From Phoronis australis (taxonomy: Eukaryota; Animalia; Phoronida), in NCBI GenBank assembly GCA_002633005.1, contig NMRA01000060.1, positions 907,865 to 971,864 of the forward strand: 64,000 bases of DNA, read 5' to 3'. This document shows, in pieces, positions 11,816-24,700 of the stretch (the stretch's first letter is position 1; each line of letters begins with the position of its first letter). The notes under the pieces were generated by a model that had not been told where the DNA came from, made no database searches, and worked only from the letters and a program-made list of their open reading frames with translations. The position numbers and the translations under genes are program-made.

Positions 11816-12358
11816 AGGCGAAGGCAACCATGTCATTTTGAGCTAAAATAAGGTTGATTGCTTATCCTAGACATATTTTCCACTTAATTACAGCTTTTCG
11901 TAATTTTATTAATTACTCGTCCGCTACTCCGGAAGTGACGTTTTAGGAGGCAAGCATTTCGCGCCAATTTCTTTTCATACAGTGTGACTGTGAGAGCTGT
12001 CGAGTCAGTCATTGTTCTACCTCGGTTGTGTTAAGTTCCGTCGTCATTTGCTTTCATTTACTAGTCAGTCAACATGCCACACTATTGCTGCGTACCAGCA
12101 TGTACTTATTCTCGGCTCACGCGCGCTTTGGGAATACCTTTGCATCGCTTTCCGATGGATGACATACAGATTCGCACGGTAAAGTCAACGCAAAACCAAG
12201 TGGCGGGAAACGCTTGCCTCCTAAAACATCACTTCTGGAGTTGCGGACGAGTAATTTATAAAATTACGAAAAGCTGTAATTAAGTGGAAAATATGTCTAG
12301 GATAACCAACCAACCTTATTTTAGCTCAAAATGACATGGAAAAAGGTTGCCTTCGCCT
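11816..12358 (+). mobile_element. Non-autonomous Kolobok-like DNA transposon with THAP-domain remnant
   Basis: TTAA on both sides (11812-11815, 12359-12362); termini AGGCGAAGGCAACC...GGTTGCCTTCGCCT; about 150-bp TIRs; internal ORF start 12074 MPHYCCVPAC...LHRFP matches the THAP zinc-finger N-terminus. Confidence 0.8.
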
Positions 12359-13081
12359 TTAAGTTTCTGTCAACGGAACGTAGGTTCATAGCCGCTTTAA
12401 CTGTTCATGCAGTATCCGTTGCGCAGCTCAGTGACTGACTGAATGACTGACGGAAGACACAGTTTCCTAAAAAACAAACGCTGTTGATTTCAATGCTTTA
12501 CAAGCAACAAGATACTTTGAACATTAGCTGTAAAACTGCGGAATGTATCAGACGTTTTTAAATGAAAATTCTGGTCTCTTCTCATTAGTTTGTTTATTGG
12601 TAAACAGAAAAAAAACACAAAACAAGAAATACAAACATCTTGTAAGACACCTTGCGTGTTGAAATCGCCAGCTGAGAATTTACATTGTACCAACGAACCA
12701 AACGCAAGTTCACAAAACATAAATTGCAAGAGCAACAAAGCTCACAAACTTTGAAATTCGCAATGGCACGTGTTATATTATTTAACATAGCGGCATCTCA
12801 AGGATAAGAAATAATTCAGCAGAAAGACCTAAGCTTACATACATCACCTGAAAAAAGCGGTTCCTATAAAAAGAACATTTAGTGCGCTCAAACCTTACCC
12901 CATCGAAATTAACAATGACCGCTGACTGTATTTGTCTTCAACCGGTTACAGTTGACCAGCCGGGCACAGATGGCCAGCTTAAAACCTTACACACCCGCTG
13001 GCTTACTGCCCTTGTACTTTCCGTGTCGTGCCAACTGATATACAAACTTGTTGAAACCGCTACTAATACTCTATTTATTCA

Positions 13082-13190
13082 GTAACCTTGGTGTCTTTCA
13101 TGCCAATGTGTTCCCATGTCAACGGCGTACGGGATGGATTGTCTGGGTAAATGATTGTATCTCAGCAACGACAACATTGGATTGTTGCTA
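13082..13190. promoter_or_regulatory. Cluster of X-box (RFX-binding)-like motifs
   Basis: GTAACCTTGGTGTC (13082), GTTCCCATGTCAAC (13110-13123), GTATCTCAGCAAC (13157-13169) and GTTGCTA (13184) compared with consensus GTTGCCATGGCAAC. Confidence 0.4.
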
Positions 13191-14065
13191 TCTCAATACT
13201 TGGTGTCCTTAAAATAACCCTATCACTTATTACACAGTCAGTTAATTTTAATAAGTCTATTTTAACGTTCTGTGTCCGCTCTGTTATATAAAGCAAATGA
13301 TAAGTGCAAAACACTTAATTTCTAAATTTAGAAAAATTATCAGCACCGTAATGTGTTACTTGTTCTCTATTTATTAACTACTGTAATAATAGCGCACTGA
13401 TATGAAAACGAGTTCGAAGGTTACCATTTATGTTTTTGATAAAAATGAAACGAGCATGAACTAAATGATGTTGAACACAACGTCATCATTATGTCCATGA
13501 ATAACCCTTAACAACACACGAGTGTTATTCACCATTATGTCTCATTTTCCGAATAAGCATGTGCACCTTATTTACCGGTGAGTTGAGGTGTTAGAATATT
13601 GAGTAATTTTTTAGGAGTTAATTGAGGATGAAGTTTGGGTTTCGGTTATGTTCGGGATTTAAACTTTATTCGGACCATTTGGCTCAACGGCATGCTCCCG
13701 AAAGCAGCAATCCATCGGTTAATCAAAATACATGTATGAGCGCCCACTAACCTCGGGTTTGGATGTAAAACCGCCCATTAATCACGCATTTAGTTCGTCG
13801 CTATGTTTATGTCGAACCAGGCTATTGTAACGTGCCTTCGAAGACCGTCATTTGACCAGGTGTGATGAAATATCTGAAGTTAATACGACCATACGTATGC
13901 AAGTTTAGAAATCATTTTGTTTGATGAGGATTACCAGCTTGCAGTGACCATCTTATGCTAAAATGGTTGGGACGAGACTGCTGAATAAACCCAAGAGCCT
14001 AATATGTCGTAAGTTGATTATTGTTCTCCTTTTACGTAAGAATGTTTGTTTAGGCCTATATATGT

Positions 14066-14162
14066 TTTATGTGATATTGTCTACATATCCTATAATGCAT
14101 TTATGTGATATTGCCTACATATCCTATCATGCATTTATGTGATATTGTCTAAATATCCTATA
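14066..14162. repeat. About 34-bp minisatellite, three copies
   Basis: tttatgtgatattg(t/c)ctacatatcctat repeated three times. Confidence 0.75.
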
Positions 14163-14847
14163 ATTCATGCATAGATAGAGCAGTTCAGAAATAATGAAAA
14201 TTTCATTGCAGGTCGTACCATAAGCTCAACTGAATCATGTGCCACGATGCCTTTTACCAAAACTTAAATATGTTAATTGGGTCAACAGATCGTGGCCTGA
14301 TTTTCAATCAAATTAGGATCTAACTCACTCATGGCACTTACAACTTCAACGTCTTCTTTTCGCTCATTCATGTTGCAGTCGCTTTGCTCTAGAACGAATT
14401 AATTACATTCTTACAATACTTACGAAATTATGAGCGGACTAAATGGCTTAGAACAGGTCACGTGTTCTGATGAGATGTACCGAGGTATTTCAGCTTCATG
14501 ATACTGAGTCATGAATGGTGATAAATAAAAAGAATTGAAATTTGTAACAAATGTGTATTTCCAGGTAATGGTGCCGTATTTTTAATTAACAAACTTGTCT
14601 AGCAGTTTGCCGGTGTGTGTTCCACTGTAAATTACATAGGGTGAAGGGTCAACATAAGCTTAGATCAAGCGAAACAGGTTTATGGAGAAATATGTCCGGT
14701 ATCGGTGAGGGCTAAAAACTACTTTCAGTTTACAATGTGTGGCAGCTTACTTGCAATAAGAATTCGTCGACTGTTGCTTCCATAATGATTTCAACTTGTG
14801 CATGTGCATATGAGCCATTACTTCGTGCGTGTGAAGTATGGGAAGTG

Positions 14848-16597
14848 TTTTTATGCGCCCACATATTTATATGTGGACGCATTATGACGTCATCTCGGTC
14901 CGTCCGTCCGTACGGGCGTCCGGAGCCCGGCGTCTGGCGTCCGGGGTCGGCTGCTCTATCTCCAAAACCCTTTGACATATGTTCATGAAGTTTGGCACAT
15001 ATGTTTCATTCATGAATGGGACGGTATGTGCGAACTTTAGGACGGATCCGACTACCGGTGTGCCCCCTAGTGGCAATTTTAGTTTTTACGCTTACCTTTG
15101 TATCTTCAAAAGACCTGAACGGATTTTCATGAAATTTGGTATGTAGGCACCTATTAGTGAGATGACGCTATCCTTCCGTTTTCAGATGGATTCGACATAG
15201 TTTGCGCCACCTAGTTGCATTTTTAGTGTTTTCGAGTCTGTTTTTGTGCGTCCACCCCTCTATCAACCAAACCGCTCAAAGGATGATTGTGAAAATTGGA
15301 ATGTATATGCTTACTATGTAGAGGACGGTTGACGATGATTTTCCGACGATTTCGACTACTGTGGCGCCTCCTAGTGGCAGTTTTTTTTTTTCGCCTATGG
15401 CTGTATCTCCTAAGCCGTTCGCAGGATCTTTACGAAATTGTGTAAGTATATTTATATGATGTTAACAACGGAACATGAGTCTTTATTTTTGCCTCCACCC
15501 CTCTATCAACCAAACAGCTCAAAGGATGATTGTAAAAATTGGCATGTATGTGCTTACTATAAAGAAGACAGCTGACAATGATTTTCAGATGATTTGGACT
15601 ACTGTGGCGCCTCCTAATGGCAGTTTTTGCGCCTATGGCTGTATCTCTTAAACCGTTCGCAGGATCTTTACGAAATTTAATAAGTGTTTTTGTATGATAT
15701 TATCAACAGACGATGACGACTTTTGGACGGATCCGCATACCAGTGTGCCCCCTAGTGGCAATTTTATTTTTTTACGTTTACCTCTGTATCTTCACAAGTC
15801 CTTAACGAATTTTCATGAAATTTGGTATGTAGGCACCTATTAGAGTGATGACGCTATCCTCCCGTTTTCGGATGGATTTGACCTAGTTTGCGACACCCAG
15901 TGACCATTTTTATTGTTTTTGAGTCTGTTTTTTGGCGTCCACCCCTCTATCAACCAAACCGCTCTAAGTAAGATTGTGAAAACTGGCATGTATGTTCTTA
16001 CTATGAAGAGGACGGTTGACGCTGAATTTCCCTTGACTTTGATTACTGTGGCGCCTCCTAGTGGCAGTTTTTTGCGCCCATGGCTGTATCTCCCAAACCG
16101 TTTGCAGAATCTTTACTAAATTTAGCAAGTGTATTTATGTGATGTTGACAACGGACGATGATGACTTTAGGATGATTCTGACTACCGGTATGCCTCTAGT
16201 GGCAATTTAAGTATTTTACATTGACCTCTGTATTTTCATAGGTCTTCAGGTGTATACTTTGTGTTACTTCGTGACTATGAATGAAAAGTTTCAAGTAGAA
16301 ATTTGTTTCTGGCATTCTAATGCTGTTCTAATCTCGTATGTTGGTAAATTTGTTTTTAATTCTATGTTTCTGTGGTGCTTTAAGCAACTGATGTATAGGA
16401 TGTGCTTGTATTATGAAGATCACTCACATTTTGCCCCTTAGCCTATTGAGGAGACAATGACCATGCCTTTTTGCAAAGTACAACATAGTACATATATGCT
16501 GTACTGGCCACTTTATGGTACCAATAAACAACCATAGAAGGATATCGTATACGGTGCAATTGTGGGCGCATTTCAACGCTCTGCGTTGCTGTTGTTT
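14848..16597 (+). mobile_element. Helentron-associated non-autonomous element (HINE/DINE-1-like) with internal tandem subrepeats
   Basis: T-run, then subTIR atgcgcccaca (14853-14863) with nearby inverted copy tgtggacgcat (14872-14882); (GTCC)n microsatellite near 14899; internal 130-240 bp subrepeats; 3' subTIR tgtgggcgcat (16561-16571); 3' hairpin caacgc-tct-gcgttg (16574-16588); T-run. Confidence 0.78.
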
Positions 16598-16760
16598 TTT
16601 TCTTCTTGCCGCAAGTCCTTTGGAAAGTATTTAAATATACATGTACATGTAGGCGTTATACAACAGATATGAAATTCTATTCCGGAGGAATATAAATGTA
16701 ACTAGGTCTGCCCAACGTCAGACTATCTGTGCCGTGAGGGGTCACTGTATGTCTCCTTAA

Positions 16761-16982
16761 AGAGTTCCCACTATGCATTTTCTTAATTTTACAGATTTCA
16801 GTTAGCTAAATTGAAATGTATATCATGAAATCTAACTAAATAAGCACTTTTTATGCCAAATAGTCGCGAACTTTTTAACTTTAAAGAAAATCGTTTGGTC
16901 ACTTGACAATCAGGCGATTAAATCTCTTATAAGTTGTATTAATAAATTTCCGTTTGAGGCACATGGTCATAGTGGGAAGTCT
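16761..16982. mobile_element. TTAA-flanked MITE (Kolobok-like termini)
   Basis: TTAA|AGAGTTCCCACTATG ... CATAGTGGGAAGTCT|TTAA. Confidence 0.72.
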
Positions 16983-17288
16983 TTAACAAAGAAGTGGTTA
17001 ACTGTGAATTATTCCTAATTAAAATGGAAATCTAATCCAAGTTTGTATAGTTTGTAGTCCAGATAACAATTCGCAATAAGTGTCAACAATTCACTTACAA
17101 ATTCTTTACCATTGTTGCTTCAATTAAAAAAGAATGTGAAATAGGAAACACTCTCTAGCTCTGTCAGACTTTGAAGGAGGGGGCAGGGTAGCTCCAAATG
17201 CGTCTGGTGGAAATAAATGAGCAATCGCCTCTTCGTTTCTTCTGAGTCTATTACTCACGTTACTTGTTATGCGTTGGACAGCAAGAAC

Positions 17289-20200
17289 ATGCATGACCTT
17301 CTACCGGAAGGATACCTACTTACTCAAAAAGAACACTGCAATAGCAGTCTGGGTTGATATCAATAAATCTATCAAGTGGAAACCATTATAGTCTATAAGA
17401 GATGATTTTGGTGCGTATATTTTTGTCGTTTTCAGTCACAAGTGACAGCTTGTCTGATTCATGGCTAGAAGACTGCTTTAAAACTTCGTGCACTTCTGAA
17501 TACCAACTACCAGACGTCGCACCGGCCGGGATTGATGAGAGCGGAAGTGTCCGTATAACAGGTAAACCGATGGGTTATCACCTTTCATGAAATGATAGGT
17601 AGATGAAACCACGGATTGTTTCCTTAGTGATTTCTATGTTAGATTTGCACTTTTCTAGTTTATTCGTAAGCCTTCTACGTGGCTTACTCAGTCCGCCACG
17701 CTAGCTCCTTAATTGTGTACGATACATGAGTCCTCCACGGGCAGTCCCAATTTACACAGAAACAACGCGACTCACCTAATAATTCACAATGGACTGTAGC
17801 CTAAAAACAAGATTATTGCTTATATAGAGAGTATACAAGTCTGATAACTAAAGCTATTCGGGTTTATTGTTGAAAGAGCGTCTCTGTGCATTTAGCTAAT
17901 GTCTGGAAACTCTAAAAATAAGCCTTAAGTTAAATGTCTTTAAATGTATATATTGTCTGAGAGTAGAAAGCCTGCAGACTTTGATTTGTAACTTTACATT
18001 AATTTGTCATTTGTTAGGTCACGTGACCATTTCTATTTATTAAATTTAACAGAAAATAATGCCAGATCCATTGCAAAACAACGGCATCAATAACGCGCCC
18101 AAATTTGATACATAAGTTGAAGATTGAAAACGGTTCATAAAACATTTTATGCAACTTAAGATTTCTTTCATGAAAATCAAATTTTTGATAGCCTCTATTG
18201 CAAAAGTGAGAGACATTTTGAAGATCAGTGCATGGGGTATACACAAAGTATATGAAAGTTTCATACGAACCCGATCAGTCACTTCTCAGATAAGACGCTC
18301 CAAAGTTAGCCAAATTTAAACATTCATTCCATAATCCTACTTGTCTCATTAAAACCATTAATATTTGAATTTGTAGCTAGCGCCACCTTGTGACTTCCTG
18401 GAGATCTATGTGTACAAGAATGATCAGGAAAATATGTAAATAAAATGCGGTTTTAAAGAAAACACCTCAACTGATACACTGAAAAACAAGTGTACATATA
18501 GAAAACCCCAGTAATTCCACAGATTACGTGACCGTTATTCAATAGTTAAATGAACAAATAATAAAACTTTGCCATGTTTATTAGGCTAACGATGACATTT
18601 AACCATATTTGTTTACATGAAACTAGTCTCGCAAAACTAGAATTTCACGAGATTGTATTGGTAACTGTTTCTTGGATGGTTTCTGGCACACCGACAGACC
18701 CGGGGTTTGTTTGTAAACTAGAACTTCATTTGCATATAAACAATTTAATGAGACTTAGCATCTTTAACTTTAACTGAATGTAATTTCCATCGTTTAGGTG
18801 CCGTAGGTGAGAGGACCAACCAGAGAAGAACACCATCAAAGCCACATTCCACGCCACTCACATTAAAATGGTAACGTTGTTAATTTTCTTAGAAATCATC
18901 ACATACGGCACGTACTTTTATTTCCAAAAACATCTTCTTCAGCTTCCATAGTCTACATGTATATTTTCAATAATGAAGACCTTAAAATAATATACAGTAA
19001 ATCTAAACTTTTAAAACATTTACGTGTACATGTATATTTTGTTGCTAGGTTGGACGATAACTACGAAATTGTTGAAGGCGTGTGCATCCCACGGAGTACT
19101 TTATATGTCCATTATCTGGACTTCTGTGAAAAGAACGATTGTCAACCGGTCAACGCCGCTAGTTTTGGCAAGGTAACAATTATTCGTGTTCACAAACTTA
19201 AGATATGTGTAAATGATTAAAAATAAGCGCCAACCAGAAGGGAAAGTTGCTGGCTTCAATCTAGCTAGACAGCTAACGGTCACGTCATGGACATTATCTT
19301 GACGTACATTTGACAAGGTACCAAACACGATTTTCTTTAGTGAGCAATAAACATATATGAAACATCTTAACCTGGTAGCCACCAAATTCTCTTCTTCCTC
19401 CTAACGGTCGGTTTTCATGAGTTTCGCCAAGCCATCCCCTGTCGCTTCTGGTTTGCATCCACCCTGATCGTAGTTACAGAACGATTCAACGGATAAGTCT
19501 TCTAGGGATGACGGGAGGGGAGAGGGGTTGGGGGCTCTGCCCATAAACGGCGGAAACGCTGTCTACTTCTAGCTTTATACTCTCATGTATCAGACAGTGA
19601 TTGTGATTGTGACAATTAAACATGATATAATGTTGCTGTGGTTGTTTCTGGTTTTCACGTATAGCCACCTGCTACTAAAATTTTAAATATAAGTTTTATC
19701 AGATCAGATATATAATTTATTCAATTGTAGATCATTCGACAACAATTTCCCCAAATAACCACCAGGAGGCTTGGTACTCGAGGCCAGTCAAAGTAAGTTT
19801 TTTTTTCATAATTTTATTCTTCAATAATATACATTGATAATTTTTAAAGGGTGAAAGGGTGAACAAGGAAAAGGGGCAAGGACTTTCACTCACACACTCG
19901 CACACTCATTCACACACTTCATCATTTATTGATAATACTACTAAACAATATATGAGTTAAGTATATTACAGATATCACAGATTCATTGCATGGCAGCACT
20001 GAGGCTCTCCCACATTTTAATATTAATATTGTCCGGTTCTTTTTGTTTTTGAAAATTAACTATTGAAATTTTAATATATTTTGACATGAATATTTTAAGG
20101 GTAGACCAATCTGGATGCAAGTGCTGTTGGCTACGTAAATAAATAAAATATTGGGCGATAGTGATAACATAATTAATCAACAGGGAGAATTCAGAACCTA

Positions 20201-21672
20201 AATGGCAAAACATGATTTCATTTTTGGTTATTCTGACTTCATCCTTAAGGGAAGATGTCAAAATATCCTGAACATTAATCAACAATCTTTGCACTACATC
20301 GCAAAGGAAAAACATGTGTTCAGTACTATGTACTAGATTACAATAGGGACATTTATCTGAATTAACAATCTTCATCTTATATAACAAAGAGTTAGTATAC
20401 ACTCTGTTATGTAACAACATATACTTAAAAGATTTAATGCATGGTTCGAGGGGAAGTGTAAAAGGCATAGAGTAAATTTTTCGGATATCTTGTTTGGAGT
20501 AATGCTGCAACAATTTTTCATAATTGTCTGGTTTTTTGCAATACTTTTGTATCAAAATCCTCTTGATTTTTTCTTTTGGAATTTTGTTATAATCTAAGCA
20601 AATTTTATTGTTGCAGCCAACCAATCGCTGATGACCTTGATCAATTTTTCTAGAGAAAACAATACATATTGAATTAAAACTCAGAATTTGAGAATTTACC
20701 AATTTATATTTTGCCAGTCAAAGTAAGTTAACAATTAAAGCTAGCTAGGATTTACGGCATCGTCTCCTACATAGGCTTCCGTGTTGGTGGGATTGTCTCA
20801 AATCGCCGTTGTATCTGCTTCGTTAGTCTTCGCGATTTCATAAAACTAGGAGTTCTGTTGACCAGTTCTTTAATACATGTATGGAAAACGAATATCAGCA
20901 TGTCGTCCGTGGCATTCAATATCTTTCACCATTTATGTTCCTCGGGGGGAGCGATATGTTCTCTTCTTCATCAAAGCCAGAAAATATGATGAATACATGT
21001 ACGCAGGTACTAACACTTCCCTTAAGCAAAAAAACGCACTTTAATAGAGCGTTTTTACCTTTGTGGCCATTACAATCCAAGACGTTCATCAACAAAAAAG
21101 AGAAAAAAACGAGCAGAACACACAAAATTGGTAATTTTCAAAACAAAACCATAACTCGCATGCGACTACTAGGCACCAACTGACACCGCACTCAGAATGT
21201 CAATCAGCCCATATTCCAAATATTTGGTGGACAGTGCATAAATCCCCATGAATTCTTTTTTTTTGCTTGTCTGAATTGTCTATCCGACAGGGATATATAA
21301 GAAAAATAAGTCAAAAGAACAATAAATTGCATTTGTTATCAAAAAATTAACATATCCAACAAATACCATTCTTATCCACCACATAGTGAGTGAACATCAA
21401 GATGCGAACCAGCACTGACAAATTCCACTGAAATTGGAGGGGGATTTGATTGTGGCTCAAAAAATTGAGCGCCACCTTTTCAGTACTTAACGTATATTCA
21501 TATTTGGAGCATATACCCGACTTACACGTGATTTATTGTTGTGTTCTTTACACATTCCTAGGTATCACTACTACGGTGTCGGCGTGAAAGAATCCTCACC
21601 ATATTACGACGTCATCTATTCAAGTAAAGGAGTTCAGAAGTTGGTACAATAAATTTAATGGACACTTGATTT

Positions 21673-21704
<32 letters not shown>

Positions 21705-24700
21705 NCCGGAGTAGCGGACGAGTAATCTATAAAATTACGAAAAGCTGTAATTAAGTGGAAAATATGTCTAGGATAACCAACCAACCTTATTTTAGCTCAA
21801 AATGACATGAAAAAGGTTGCCTTCGCCTTTAAAAGCCCACTGCTGAATGATTTTCCTGAGGTAAGCAACACAAGTTTCCACCACGTTTTCTGAAAGAGTT
21901 CCCTGGGGGCTTTTGTGAAAGCAAAATGACTTCGGAAAATATAAGAGGTCCTATTTTGGAAATTACAGGTTTGTTTGTGATCACCTTTACCCGCCAAGAT
22001 GTAATCGAAACTGCCTCTTTTCTATATATGAAACGTTCCCTGAAGCACCGACATTACACAAGTGATAATCCGCACATGAACGGGTCTTTCTTTTTAGGTT
22101 GTAACATTTTTAATGATGTATCGAACGCATTGTCAACGAATTCTGGACACAGTGATCAGGGCCAATTTTGATGAGGTCAGTATGGCACGAACGACTTTTA
22201 ACTCGATGTATTCTTAAATCTTGACATAACAATGACAGCTTCAAACTATTGAAAGCAACAATTGCTTTAAGGATTTGTGCAATGTTCAATTGGTACTTTT
22301 ATATGAACGTTTGTTGAAAAGCCAATGAGACGACAGTTCTCCCCTTAAATGTAATTCTGGTAATCACATGAGACCTTTTCCATACGGACGCCTCCACGCA
22401 CATCTTTCGGCCGACACTTTATTCAGATTATAAAAAGAGTGTCACTTTCACCATCACCACCCACCCAGAGCCCAACCATTTTCCGTAGAGGAATGTCTCC
22501 CTTGCTGCCCCTTTCAGGTGCAGAGCTTCTTGCTACATTTCTGGCAGGGCATGCCTCAGCACATGGTGCCTATCTTAGGCTCAGCTTGCATCACCAACCT
22601 GGTGGGTGTCTGTGACTCTATCTTGTACAAAGCTATATCAGGAGTTCTCATGCCCACCGTTTTACAAGCTCTACCGGAGAGGTGAGTCTTGAGTCCACAA
22701 ACAGATTCAGTCATCTGATGTCTCTGATAGCAACACGACATATTCACCTTGATCGTTGGTGTTATACTCCTTTACATAAAGCATGAATGTTTATCTTGTA
22801 CAAGTGTACATATTACAATGAAGTGATAGCCTTACTGAGCGGATATCTATCAGCTTTCGAAAAACATAACTTTTAAAATACTGACTTACTGTAAGCACCA
22901 AGCAGAAACTGAAGGATCACAGAGACTGTGTTCACAGCAGCACTGTTGAAAGGATGCCAAATATAGATTGATTTCGTATTCATGATTTGTGATTACAATA
23001 TTGAACAGAGTGCAATTGACACTTTATTTCTCGTAAGCTTGATTTGTCACTTAAGAAGTATTTCAATCTAATGTTCTCTTTCAGTCTGACTCAAGTCATC
23101 AAGAAGTTTGCAAAGCAACTGAGAGACTGGATAAATGCTGCTCTAGAGGGGCTGCCGCAGACGCTCAACAATATGAAATCAACATGTGAGTATACACGTG
23201 TTTTGTAGGCCGGTACCGGGTACGCTCTTCTACAGCGCCACATCTGAAGGAGTGCTGGAAAGAGTGCAGCGCCTAGGTGGAGCCAATGAAGCCATAGACA
23301 CAGTTGGATGACACATTGATTGCGCATCCCAGTGCTTGGTTCAATGTTATACATTTTGGTCTTTAGCCGTTATCAAACAAGGGAACAGGTACCCCATGAC
23401 GCGAGGCTCTGTTTCAAAGTGCATTGTCTAAGCCGTGTAGAAACACATTTGAAATTGTTTTCAATTAAACAAACCAACAGTTCCTGCTTTCTGATTATGT
23501 CTACAAAAAGCATGACGTCTGGAACGTCACCCACGTTTCCACTATCACTCTAAGGACCATTTTCACTGATTAGAACACCTGGGTCCCATTGCGTCGGGTG
23601 TAACATGAGGTCATACACAGCAGTGAGCATACCTTCATCCCTATTCAATGTATAATGGGACATTTGTTTTTTTGTGGACAACTTCTTTGATTTTACTTGA
23701 ATGCCATTTCCTCGGTACGGTGACCAGCTCCAATGCGTGTCCATTACCGAGTGCTTCTCTTTCCTGTTCAGTGATCCTTGATATTTGTGACCATGCACGT
23801 GGCCAGAGTGTGTTTGGTCTCTGGATGTGCAATGCGAGGGGTCTTCTTTCCAGAATAATTGATTCATAACATGCTATTTAGTATTCAGTTTCCGGAATGG
23901 AAGGGGAGGGGGAGGAGGCGTTGGCTGTAGATTGCAGCCCCGGTAACGCTGTCGCGAGTTTTATGGTAGGATAACGGCCCAAATCTCATAAGTGTTTGCC
24001 CCGGCACAGAACCCTGAGGATGTGAGTGATTTCGTTTTCGCGAATTAATCAAGAATCACGCAGTTCTTCGTTCTGTTGAGAGTGTGCACAACAGATCATT
24101 TCTATAGGACGGGTAGCACATATGTTGATCAATGGGTATAAACCGCATTCACGCAGTGGCCATTTTAAAAGTGAGCCCTATTTAGGTTTTAAAAATATTA
24201 CATTTTGAGCCGAACTACAGCCGCAAAGTGCAATTTTTTGTGTGCCTCGTTGTATTCATGTCTCAAATGCATTGTTTTCAAACCTAAAAAGAGGCTCACT
24301 ACTAAAATGGCCACTGCGTGGATAAGGTCTATAGAGTGATGTTTTTGGAGCTGTCACCTCCAGAGAGCAACGCTTTTACTCAAGGGAAGTCTACACAAGA
24401 ACCAGACGCCACAACGTGAATAAAGACCGAGTTGTGCAACACACCTCTGCGTATAACCCCACCTTGCATCCGTGCTATTTATGACGCGGGAATTCCAGTT
24501 ACTGAAGAACAACCTAAGACTAGGGGGAAACATCTGAAGGTCTGAGCAACATGCCTTCTTGTAAGTGAAATTACCCTGAGCAACAGCTAAGTAGTCCCAG
24601 ACGTTTAAGTGCGGGGTTATGCATTTATTAGCAAAACAATGCTGATATGTTTTAGTGGCCACAACATTTGCTCAATCCCTACGCCGGCAGACGTCGCTCA

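Noticed and set aside
14730-16119. Several 64-83 aa ORFs within the HINE-like element
   Set aside because: Chance ORFs in a non-autonomous repeat; no Rep/helicase motifs.
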